Below are positions 23,786 to 34,915 of a stretch of DNA of 64,000 bases, piece after piece (position 1 is the first letter of the stretch; each line of letters starts with the position of its first letter). The translations under genes were made by a program, and so were the position numbers. Under the pieces are notes generated by a model. It worked only from the letters and a program-made list of their open reading frames with translations, searched no databases and was not told the DNA's origin. Source of the DNA: Lingula anatina (Eukaryota > Animalia > Brachiopoda); contig CM120641.1 in the NCBI GenBank assembly GCA_051362555.1, forward strand, positions 30,200,401 through 30,264,400, given 5' to 3'.

Positions 23786-25696
23786 ATGATTTTAACTTTT
23801 CTTTTGAGTTTCTGTGTTCTAGAAATAAATATCTGCTCGGGCGACATGACGAAGCTCAGGAATGGTCTCCTTGTGGAGCAACAAGAAGACTTGAAAATAA
23901 TAGAAGCAGAATGGACGGTCCTAGTTACAATAGAGAGACCAGTTGTGGTTACGGATATCCGTAAACGATATACAAACATTGTAAATGAAATTAACCAAAT
24001 TGTGAGAAATGGTTATGCCTCAATACTCGAGAGTAATCAATGGAAGCAACGTCTTCACGCGAGCCTATACCTGTTCTATGCATTAGAAAATGGTGAGTCA
24101 ACTGTTGCTCCGGCGTTTTTCAGAAGCTGGTCTTCTGATAGTGTGACGACACTAAATGACACGGATAGCAGGTCAGGAGTACGTAATCCTAGACACAGAC
24201 GCGCCCTTTTTGGTTCCATAGGACAGGCATTTCATTATCTAATAGGCACGGCCACGGATGAGGGTCTCGCACAATGTAAAGAAATTGTCAGACAAACGCG
24301 TAAAGAGGGCCTACAAATGGCGCACCGCGTAAACTTTTTGGCCTCCGTGATAAATAAAACAATTGACAACGAAAATCAAAACAGAAGACATATAAATGCA
24401 ATCCAGCATTACTTAGATACAAGTGTTCGCACGAGATTGAATGACGCGATTTCACTTGCGAATGAGACCGAACAGAAAGTACACCGTCTATTTATAATTT
24501 TTAATATCGAAAGAGCGGTCGCGACATTCGAGGAGTCCGTAAATTTTCAACGGATATTAAATGAGCATTTTGCGGAACAAAAGCAGTCGCTGGAACTAGG
24601 GAGGTTAACGGAAGCACTCCTGCCTCCTAGTAAATTACAACAGATATTGGACAAAGCGAAAAAGGAACTTATGTTAGATCCTCTCAATTTGGAAAATAAA
24701 GAGTGGTATTACGAAAACACGCCAGCGTTTCCTCTTTTTGATAAAGATACCCTTATTTACCGCATAAAACTCCCCCTTGTCAACAAAGGAACGTATTTTC
24801 TTTATAATGTTAGAACATTTAAATCCCCATACACGAAACCTGGTTTTAGTGCAAAATTGATATTACCAGCTTCAAAAATTGGATTGCATCCTAAAACTGG
24901 CGATATTTTTAATCCTACACAAAGTCTTGGCAAAAATCCTATAGCATGTAACTCGGGACCAATATTTAGGACTGGACAAATTTGCGAAAGAGCTATCATT
25001 ACAGGAGATCCAAAACATAGAAATTCGTGCGTTGTGGAAATTACAAAAGACTCGAGTTACAGTTCGGCCACGGAAATTGACTCTGGTAAATTCGTAATCG
25101 AGACATGGGGAGAAAGACTGTATACTAGGTGTATAAAATCACCAGAAACTTCTATAGAAATTACCCCTGGTACATATTTAATTGACGTAGAAAATGGGTG
25201 TTCTGTCCACGGAAACAATTTTATTTTGCCAGGCATCATACGAAAAATCGGCAAAATTTCATTAAAACCAATACAATTTAATTTCACAGAACCTTTTAAT
25301 ATTCACGATATTGTAGTCGAAACAAAAGCAATTAAATTATTAGAAAATTTGGGGGCAAAAGATTTAAAAATGTCAGCAAAGATAAATTTGGCTCCTTTGA
25401 CTGACACGGAAACATCAAACTGGGAGGAAATTTTACCATCCAACAAAAACATGCTGGGTTATCTGGGGACTGTCGCTTTATTTTTAATACTGGTCATGGC
25501 AGGAGTCATTGCATTTCTGAAAATAAAGCGAAAAGTCAAATCGAGGAAATCACAAAAGGCTTCTGCTATTAATATTGAATTAAACACACAATCGCAAAGT
25601 GTGGACACAAGTGCTCTTTTGCACACACAAGAAGTCTCTTGTGATATTGGTACGCCACAGCGTAGATTTATGGATCCATTACAATTCATTAGATAG
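23786..25696 (+). CDS. env: Envelope glycoprotein, class I fusion / baculovirus-F-like, intact (~636 aa from the first ATG)
   Basis: Hydrophobic signal peptide MILTFLLSFCVLEINICSG, furin site RHRR followed by fusion-peptide-like ALFGSIGQAFHYLIGTA, heptad-rich helix, Cys-rich region, C-terminal TM (LGTVALFLILVMAGVIAFL) and basic tail. Confidence 0.92.
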   Translation: MILTFLLSFCVLEINICSGDMTKLRNGLLVEQQEDLKIIEAEWTVLVTIERPVVVTDIRKRYTNIVNEINQIVRNGYASILESNQWKQRLHASLYLFYALENGESTVAPAFFRSWSSDSVTTLNDTDSRSGVRNPRHRRALFGSIGQAFHYLIGTATDEGLAQCKEIVRQTRKEGLQMAHRVNFLASVINKTIDNENQNRRHINAIQHYLDTSVRTRLNDAISLANETEQKVHRLFIIFNIERAVATFEESVNFQRILNEHFAEQKQSLELGRLTEALLPPSKLQQILDKAKKELMLDPLNLENKEWYYENTPAFPLFDKDTLIYRIKLPLVNKGTYFLYNVRTFKSPYTKPGFSAKLILPASKIGLHPKTGDIFNPTQSLGKNPIACNSGPIFRTGQICERAIITGDPKHRNSCVVEITKDSSYSSATEIDSGKFVIETWGERLYTRCIKSPETSIEITPGTYLIDVENGCSVHGNNFILPGIIRKIGKISLKPIQFNFTEPFNIHDIVVETKAIKLLENLGAKDLKMSAKINLAPLTDTETSNWEEILPSNKNMLGYLGTVALFLILVMAGVIAFLKIKRKVKSRKSQKASAINIELNTQSQSVDTSALLHTQEVSCDIGTPQRRFMDPLQFIR

Positions 25697-25828
25697 AGGT
25701 GGTGAAGGGTTAAAAAAAAAATTGAAAAAATCGCACAAGTTGTTGGGATTTTGTTACTACTTTTAAGGGTAATGCGGATCTATACTAACCGCGACATAAA
25801 TGTTAAGGCACTGAAACATTTTCAATTT

Positions 25829-26280
25829 TTCTGATTCAAATTGTTGAATATTTAACATGAATATGCATTATCTTATTTATGACCTATTGTACACCACTGT
25901 ATATGCATTAATAGTTAAGCGCTATACTTTGTCATTAGTATGTACTTTATTATGCACACTGAATCATTTGATATATTTCTGATTCAAATTGTTGAATATG
26001 TAACATGAGTATGCATTATTTTATTTATGACCTATTGCAGGGGCGGATCCAGAGATATTTTCTGACTGTCTTCCAAATTATCTTCGTTGATCCATCTTCC
26101 AATTTTTGACCGTCTTCCGACAGAAACATTAGATGGCTGACAATGTAAACTTGAAAATCTGACCGTCTTCTAGAAGACCCAGAAGACGGCCTAAATCCGC
26201 CCCTGCTATTGTACACCACTGTATATGCATTAATAGTTAAGCGCTATACTTTGTCATTAGTATGTACTTTATTATGTATA
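25829..26280. repeat. 148-bp tandem duplication in the Gypsy 3' UTR; the second copy is interrupted by a MITE
   Basis: TTCTGATTCAAATTGTTGAATA occurs at ~25829 and ~25977. Confidence 0.9.
26038..26205. mobile_element. 168-bp MITE, TIR CAGGGGCGGAT, 6-bp TSD CTATTG
   Basis: The empty site is visible in the first repeat copy (GACCTATTGTACACC, ~25881). The GACCGTCTTC motif repeats internally. Confidence 0.9.
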
Positions 26281-26938
26281 TTCAACATTGCGGCATTGAT
26301 AAATTCAGTTACACAATGAAGGCTGATAAGACTCAACTGTATCTTAAGTTTTGTAATGTACATATATGTGTGTATGTATCTTGTATATATTTAGGTATAT
26401 CTGAGGTTGTTTTATAGATATGATTATCAATATTGTATACACGTTACCCGCAATGAACGGTCCTGGGCTACAAAGCAGTCAGATCATGCAGTCTACGTTA
26501 CCACCACGCAACAGCATTCGCCATCGCCAATTCTACAGACTTGATTATCAGCGCAACGATAACCGTGAACTTCAACCCATAACATTGCATTGGTCGTTAT
26601 CGCAACAAGAGGCTGTGCAGGCAATGACACTGACTAGATCATCAGCTCAATAATCTAAGTAAGGAAGTTAACACGGCGGTCAATAACATTGACTTAATCA
26701 CAAGCGCAACAGCTATAACAGCAACACCACCAATCAGTTGTTTGAAGCGATCAAATGGACTAACTCCAACTCGCCGTGGAGGCCACTGAGGCGATACTTA
26801 CAAACTTTTTGTCAACGTGACAATAACAAACGATGAACATATATATATATGGTGTGTAACAAAGAAAGACTTAAAAAAAAAGTGTATTAGTATAACATAC
26901 ATGTCTTTAAGTCCAAAATGACTGATACCAGTCATTTT

Positions 26939-26956
26939 GAGAGGGGAAAGGGAGGA
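26939..26956 (+). promoter_or_regulatory. Polypurine tract
   Basis: GAGAGGGGAAAGGGAGGA lies 1 nt before the 3' LTR. Confidence 0.92.
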
Positions 26957-26957
26957 C

Positions 26958-27223
26958 TGTAAGGGACGCGGTGGCGCCCCTTAGCATGTCCCACGCCCCT
27001 AGGATGTCGCGGCGCCCGCGCCTAGACTATAGGATGTCGCGGCGCCCGCGCCTAGTAAGATATATTATAAGGTATTATTATAATGAGACATTAAGGTACA
27101 TATAAATAGAACAGGTGGTGGGTAGAGAGAACAAGTTAGGTAGTGGGAATAAAGCTGTTTGGAAATCCACGACTCTTGTTGCTCACTTCTTCTCGATCTG
27201 TGAACCTAAAATCGAACCTTACA
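26958..27223 (+). repeat. 3' LTR of the Gypsy element
   Basis: 266 bp; differs from the 5' LTR at one position (GAACATAAA vs GAACCTAAA). Confidence 0.97.
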
Positions 27224-27379
27224 ATATATTGATATAGACAGGAATGTGTCAAAGTCAAACAGGCTAATTCAGCTTTGATGAAAAGTGTTAATCGCACACG
27301 ACTATGAATGACAGTTTTTTTTAAACAACGTCAAACACAATTACTACACTCTTCTCTCCGAACATGTAAAACCCCCTAT

Positions 27380-27641
27380 ATCCTTTGATTGACAAGATGC
27401 CAATCAAATTCATTAGTTTTAATAGCTGCTGTCAAATAATAACAGCTTGATTGGCAGGTTATATAAACAAACGTCAATCACAATCATTACACGGTGGATC
27501 ACTATAGTCGTCGAACACATTTAGTTCAAGCTTCCTACACCCTTTGATTGACAAGGTGCCAATCAAATTCAGTTAGTTTTGATAGTTGCTGTCAAAAAAT
27601 AACAGATCGATTGGCAGGTTATATAAACAAACGTCAATCAT
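27380..27641. repeat. Direct repeat (~100 bp, 159-bp period) with nested inverted motifs
   Basis: CCTTTGATTGACAAG...AAACGTCAATCA starts at 27382 and again at 27541. Confidence 0.85.
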
Positions 27642-29689
27642 CGCGCACTGTGATTTCTCTCGCTGTGAAACAGTGAGTACGCCGAAAGAGAGCGCTAAAA
27701 TCTGAAGTTAGTAATTAAATTGCAAAATATTTCAAGAGAATATGTGCAACATGTTTCCAAAACTAGTTCTCTTTTTGAACCCTTCAGCGTCTCTAATACG
27801 ACACTCTAGATTACAAACTATTTTGTAAAAAGAAGAATTTAGCAAAAGCATCCAATTTAAAAAGCAGATTCAAGTAAAGAAATATGACATTTGACGTTAT
27901 TCTGGAGGTAGCGCATGGGTCATTTCAAAATTAGTTCAACTATGTACCCCAGTATGTGCGTGGAAGAAGGAAGAATAAATGTTTTTGCATTATGTGTGGA
28001 ATATTGACGGGTTCTTTTACTATCAAAGACTTTCTGCAAATAAATAAATAAATAAATAAATTAATTAATTAATTAATTAAACGATACTAATTCATCTTCA
28101 TTAAAGGTGACATTCGTGTTGTGGTTGAGGTAAGTGGTTTAATTTTTGTGGGGGTAATTGTCAGCAAGGACCTGTGATAATAAGATAAGTGGATGGGAAA
28201 GAAAAATATAATTGTTAACAAAAATATTACTATCCTATTTAACAAACAAACCGCTACTTTGCTCTTGTAACTATTTTGTTGGTTTATTTTACTGCAGTAA
28301 AGCGTGGATAAAATAGTTCAAAACGCCCTCACAGTGCCCTTGTTTATGCGACTTCAGCTGCTGGGGTTAGGTGAAGGGGCGAGGACAGGTGTGATTTATT
28401 TTTCAGAAACACAGACAGACTACACCTATTCCCGATTACTTTTTATACGCGGTAATATTCTGACGTTTGTCTTGTCTTAACATGGTTGTGACGTCTACCA
28501 CAAATCTTTCAACACAAAGTCTTAGATCCCCGAGTGAAATACTTATAGGTTTTGGTGACATGATGAAAATCTCTCTTCGTCGAGGTACATTCGACTTCAC
28601 TAAAGACTGGAACTCACAGTGATGTTAGCTGGTACCTCACGACAACCATGATTATATTTTTAACCAAATATGTTTATCACGAGTGTTGCATCTGAATTTT
28701 CTTGATTATTCATTTCATGTATTCACAGAAAAAATAATTTTCGGATAACAGTTTAGTCTGCAATAAAAATGACAAATATATATCATGCAGTTAATTTTTT
28801 AGAAACGAGATAAATGAATATGCTCTTAGTTAAAAAGTAAAAATAAAGTCAACTGGTAATTTACTGCATTTGGATTGCAGAAAAAAAAATTAAAACATGC
28901 AGTCACCTATATGAATTTGACAGTTTTTTTTTTTATTTTCTACAACTATGAATTTCAAACCTTGTCAATTTAGACTTGTTTTCTAACTAGTCATTGTAAA
29001 TGACGTCAAATTTTACAAACATGATGTCTACCACATTCAAAAAGGACATCCTTTTTCAAATGAGAGCCAAAGAAATTACATTGTATAGTTTAATACCAGT
29101 GGCGAATTTAGGGGGGAGGGGTGTCAAGGGGTCCTGACCCCCCTTCGATTTCTGAAAAAAAAAATTACACCAATGGTCTCCTCTTGAAATTAAAATTTTG
29201 AATCAAAAGGCACCGTTTGCCTTCTGAAATACCGAAATTTTAGGGGTCCTTCATAGGGCCTCGACCCCACGCTAAGGGGGGAGGTGGGGTCGGCTTCGCA
29301 TCAGCCGCTTCACAGACAGACTGCATCTAATCCCTGTGCATCTACAGTAACTATGGCAACCTTTCCTGGGATTTGTACAGACAAATTTTTTGCTGGCACA
29401 GAAGATCACTCCTAAATACACACGCGGGTATATCTATAACTTTAAGAAAGGGTACAGTCATTCTTCTGAAACTTTCCTGAAAGTGGCCTACTTAACAACT
29501 CGCTGGCCCAAAGTAAAAGGTCTCGAATAATTATCAAAATTGGGTAAACTTTTGCAGATTAATGTGATTTCGGAGAAGATGAAAGTTCTGAAATCATGAC
29601 GAAGACAAATGATGAATTTACTTGCTTCATCTTTGTAGTGCTTACATTTTCTTTGTACCTCTGTCAGAATATGAATTATTACTTCGTAA

Positions 29690-29701
29690 CTACTACTACT
29701 A

Positions 29702-29775
<74 letters not shown>
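29690..29775. repeat. Compound microsatellite (TAC)n(CA)n(GA)n
   Basis: Directly visible. Confidence 0.95.
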
Positions 29776-32006
29776 TATTTCTACATAAAGTTAAACTGCA
29801 AATGAGCGCAAAGCTTAATTATTTGTGAAAAAATATTTTTCATGTCGTTATTCGTTATAACAAAACAACAAAGATGAAGATGAATGTTCAGTGACTCAAT
29901 AATATAAATAAAAATCATGAATCATCCAAGTTCATGAAAGCGAGATCTGGAGCAAAGAGAAAAAGTCGTCTCCAAGACATCTGGGCTCCGTAACTCGAAA
30001 GCATCGCGTATTGCGAATAGGCCGAGATGGCTACAATGTATTAAACATGTACATGAATGTGGTGAGTATGGGCAAATCTAGACGCTTGCGCTCGGTCGCA
30101 ATGCGCGATGCTTTCGAGTTACGGGGCCCTGGACGTCTCCCCCCCCCTCCCCCCCCCCCCCCCCCCCCCCACTCTATAATACCCAGTAATCAGCACCATT
30201 ATAAATAGACTCTGCCTCATATCGAGAGTTCAGAACTGACGGTCAAAATCTGGTATTTGGATTTATTTCCTTTCACGTAGAGAACCTGATTAAGACTGCA
30301 TTCCCACAGATTTAGATCGATCCATCTGGATCGACCTAAATCCCTGGGGGTTCACGCTAAATTGCTGTCAGCCAAGTGCACAAATAGTTAATTATCCCCT
30401 TACAGCTTTTAGTAGGCGGGGCATACATTTAAGCCGGTAAAAAGACTAAAACCATTTGCCCTCCATAACACCAAAATTTTTTCGGGGCACTTAAGCAGGC
30501 CCCAAACCCTACGTCAAGGGGGCGATAGTCGGTTTCGCATCCAAGGTCTATCGTTCTGGACCCCCCCTCCCCCTTCAAATAATCCTGGATCCGCCTCTGC
30601 CACGGATATGTTTTTAAATGAATTACTGAATGACGCACCCTCTCAATGATATGCTTATATAGCTGTTCTTTAATAACTACAAGAATTTTTTGTTGTTTGT
30701 TTTTTAAAATGCTTGGAAAAAAAAAGAAGAACCAGAAACAGACCTCTTTCAGACTGTTTTCCTTCAAGTATAGTATAGTTGTTCTCAAAATTTGCATAGT
30801 AGGTGCAATTACATAGTAGGTGCCAAAAATAAAGCTTAGTTAGCTTGTGCCCCACCCTTAATGAATGGCTTAATTTTTATGGGCCCACCCCTTTTAGTAG
30901 TCAAAAAATGTGACCCACCCCTACTTTCTCCGCCCCGTACTTTATGATCAGTCTCTCAATAAAGATATATAGCAGTTACTTTTTATAAGCACCTCAATAT
31001 TAGGAATCATTAATTCATAAAAAGGAAAAGGATACAGAATAGATATAAGTAAAGTAAAGTAACAGTGTGTAGAAGGTAAACGTTGTCTGGATAGGGCATA
31101 CATGTACAACACATTGGAGTATGGGGGGGGGGGGGGAGTACTCTCAGGCCCTTCTGGCTGTTACTAAATTCATCCCAGGAGCGAGTCGAGCATTGGTTCG
31201 TAATTAGAAAAAAAAAAAAACTCTTGAGGAATACTTGATTTGGTAGCTTCAATTATATTTTACTTTTATTGATATTATCAAATTTATTAAATATCAAAAT
31301 ACAGATTAATCAAGATCACCACCCTTGAAATCTCAGGTTTGAGCATCACTTCCTGTCAGCTTTATTACTAAAGACAATCTAATTTGCATATAAAAGAAAA
31401 AAAGTCGTTTTTATCTTATGTTGGGTCTTTAACATATTTTTTCATTATTTCTAAAAAGCAATGTTCCTTTTTTTACTGACACATTTATAAATATTTTATC
31501 AATATGTGTAATTTATTAATTATATAATCATAAAAAAGACACATTCCAGACGTGCATGACGTAATCTCTCCCAAGTCATAAAAGTAGTAAAATAGCGATG
31601 ACTGGTGAAGTAGGTCAATTGCCTGTGTTATTCTCCCATACGATTATTGATTTTTTCTAACGTGGAACATTTTAGGGGGAGGACACGGAGAGAGAGGATC
31701 AAATTACCAAAAATATTCGGCATGCATGGAATCACTTAAAGCAGAATATACTGCAAAAAATTTAGAAAGGGTGTTAAAAACAAGACCCATTCATTCAATT
31801 TCAGAGAGTACAAGTTTACAGATATTATGAGATCTTTGTGTTTCAACTGCCTCTCCCTAAAATGGCGCGGACCGCGTTAACTCTTCCGCTCCCGGGAAAC
31901 GCAGAGAATCCAGCGCCAAGTGGCAGCATAAGACCCGACAACGATACCGGATACGTGCACACAGTAGCTGGGGTGGGTTAGGAGGGGGTTAACCCCCCTC
32001 CCCCCC

Positions 32007-32055
<49 letters not shown>

Positions 32056-32552
32056 ATACATTTTCCAACCACGTCAGTTCTCAGCGGAGAGAGTTTGGTG
32101 GACTAACATTATATACTTTCCCTCAGCTCGAGGGAGTAAATGCAGAAGTAGAGCTACAGTATGTGCTGGCATCACATTTTCTACCCGTCAACCGAAGTCT
32201 CTACTTGAGAACAATGAGTTGGTCACTCGTAGTGGACAGTGGTCAACACGTCAGGAAGACAGCCCTAGGGACACTCAGGTAAACTGATTAGAGATGTGGT
32301 CAGCAGTGAACTCAATGCAATGGTCAGTATGTATTACTGTCACTGACAGTGGGATACATCAGGATTAGTTGAAGGGGGACCGCAGTTGCAAAGCCTCCCC
32401 CTCCCTTGGCGTGGGCATCGGGCCCCGAAAAAAATTTGTATTTTAGAGAGCGAACGTTGCCATTTGATACAGATTAGAACTATGATTCATGATTATTGAT
32501 TTAGCTAGTCATAATTCTAATTTCAAGAGGGAACCAGGAATCGTGGTGTGGT

Positions 32553-32583
<31 letters not shown>

Positions 32584-32899
32584 CCCCCTCCTAACCCCCA
32601 TGACCCCCCCCCCCCCTCTAAACCTGCCACTGTTACTTGATATTATTATTATTATATATAGATCTATTTGGTATCAATGCTATGTTTATGTATATCCATA
32701 TCTTTCTGGGATCAGGCATGGGGTTTCTGTCACCAGATTTCTGTCAAAAAGTTGTTATCCCTTTATGTAGTAATACACATTATGGAAAAGTGATTGTGAT
32801 TTTACTGGTAAACAAAGTAATATTGCATTAAAACTGACAACAAACCTGTTTTGTAGACTATTATAATAATTATTATCTGCTTTACGACTGTACACAGAT

Positions 32900-34155
32900 T
32901 AGCATTTGGCAATCACATCTATGCTGATGATACACAAATTTTTACATGCTGTAATGTAGAAAATCCTAATGAATCAATTGAAAATCTGTCTAGGTGTATT
33001 GATGATCTACAAGGGTGGTTGATGAGAACTAAGTTGAAAATCAATGATGGAAAATCTGAACGTTTAGTTGTAACCCAGCCAAATAATCAGAAAATATCAG
33101 AAAAAATTGAACTCAAAATTGGATCCAGTATCATAAAGCCAATGCCCCATGCTAAGAATCTTGGTGTTTTTTAGATAGAACACTTTCTATGAATAAGCTT
33201 ATTGCTAGCATATGCAAGTCAGCAGCATATAACATTAGGAACATAGGCGCAATTCGTAATCACCTATCTGACTCTGCTGCAGCTACAGTTGCAAATTGTT
33301 TAGTAACATCTAGATTGGATTATTGTAATTCTATTTTATATGCTTGTCCAAAAAACCAGATTAAAAGACTACAGCATATTTAGAACATCTCAGCTAGATT
33401 GTTAACCCGTACATCCATGAGTTACCATATCACCCCAGTTTTTAAAAAGTCACATTGGCTACAGGTACCTCTGCAAGCCAGGATTTTATTTAAATTTCTA
33501 GTCTTTGTTCATGATGCTTATTACAAAGTTGCACCGATCTACCTAAGTGAATTAGTCACTCACTATGTTCCAGCAAGAAACCTGCGGTCTGTAGACAAAT
33601 TGTTACTTAAGCTGGTAAAAATCCACCTAAAAACTTATGGTGACATTTCTTTTAAATCAGCTGGTCCAAAGGAATGGAATTTATTACCACTGGAAATCCA
33701 ATCAATTGAGTCTACCAGACATTTTAAAAAAGAATTGAAGACATACCTATTCAGGAAATTTTTTGATTAATCGTTTTTTAAATTGATTTTACAAATTTTA
33801 CAGTAATTGCATTTTTGCACTATAAGAAATAAGGCTGCTCTACCTATAATCCTTTATGTGTGCAAATAAGGCTGTTTTTTTTTTTATCTAGAATTGATTA
33901 TTTTTTTCTTAACAAATATGTTTTAGTTATGTACTATAAATACTTTTATGTGAGAATCTGTATGTTTTATCTAGAATACTCTTATTATTATTTTTATTTT
34001 ATTTATTTGTTTATTTTATTTTTTGTCGTTAAGTTCTGTAATTTTTCTTTTATCTATTCCTAATAATTGATTTCTTAAGTAATTGTTTTATGTATATGTG
34101 AAGTCCTCTGAACATGTTATAATGGATTTTAGACTCAAAATAAATTATTATATAA

Positions 34156-34185
<30 letters not shown>
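32900..34185 (+). mobile_element. 5'-truncated, decayed L2/CR1-group LINE (RT C-terminus, 3' UTR, (ATT)n tail)
   Basis: HIYADDTQI, LKINDGKSE, KNLGVF, VTSRLDYCNSIL, HITPVFKKSHWL, FKKELKTYLF, with stops and frameshifts; (TAT)n tail ending ~34185. Confidence 0.92.
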
Positions 34186-34186
<1 letters not shown>

Positions 34187-34749
34187 TTAACAGTTTTGCT
34201 GCCTTGTTTTCACAATGCTTGTCATTCAGTTAAGCAGGGTCATAATTTTTCAAACAAAAATCCAATGTCCCTTCTTTGAACTTGGTTCTTGCTAATTAAA
34301 CCTCTGCTGTTCATACACCCTATTTTAATGTTTGTCATATACATTACGTAACATACAATGCAACATATATACAATGAGTCAAAGTTATGAGGGATCGAAG
34401 AAATTTAATCATTTTGGTCACTTTACCACTGTATAACACCAGATAGAACTTTGCCTCACATTGGTTTCTCTTGTTGTGTTAAAAGAATGAGCATTTATAA
34501 ATAACAACTATTGCTGTTTTGTAATGGGAAGACCGTGGAAATTGTGATTTCAACTGTTGATAACTTGCTGTTGTATTATACATAGGGACCATTCAGAATG
34601 AGAAGAGCCAAGTGCTAGCCAGGCCATATGACCTAAATATGGCAGACCTACATGAAAGGAAGACCGCTTAATCCTGTAATGGTCTCTCCACCTCTTACAA
34701 GCCTCCCCGCGCATCGTCTCTGCAGGGCCACAGTAATTTAATCTCGGTT

Positions 34750-34915
34750 CAATTCAACCAGTTGCAGTTGCATTATGGGAATACATTGAGCATTGTGACA
34801 ACAACAATTGCAGTTGCTTTATGGGAATACATCTTAAGCATTGTGACATCAACAATTGCAGTTGCATTATGGGAATACATTGAACATTCTGACATCAACA
34901 GTTGCAGTTGCATTA
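34750..34915. repeat. 46-bp minisatellite (~3.5 copies), homologous to 49070-49490
   Basis: Units read CAATTGCAGTTGCATTATGGGAATACATTGAACATTGTGACATCAA. Confidence 0.9.

Larger units (their letters stand above)
16185..27223 (+). mobile_element. Full-length Ty3/Gypsy LTR retrotransposon with env (errantivirus-like endogenous retrovirus)
   Basis: Two 266-bp LTRs (TGTAAGG...CCTTACA), ATAT TSD at 16181-16184 and 27224-27227, PBS, gag, pol in PR-RT-RH-IN order, env and PPT. Confidence 0.97.

Noticed and set aside
22793-25689. Antisense ORFs within pol/env (likewise in gag and the BEL element)
   Set aside because: Short shadow ORFs opposite real coding sequence.
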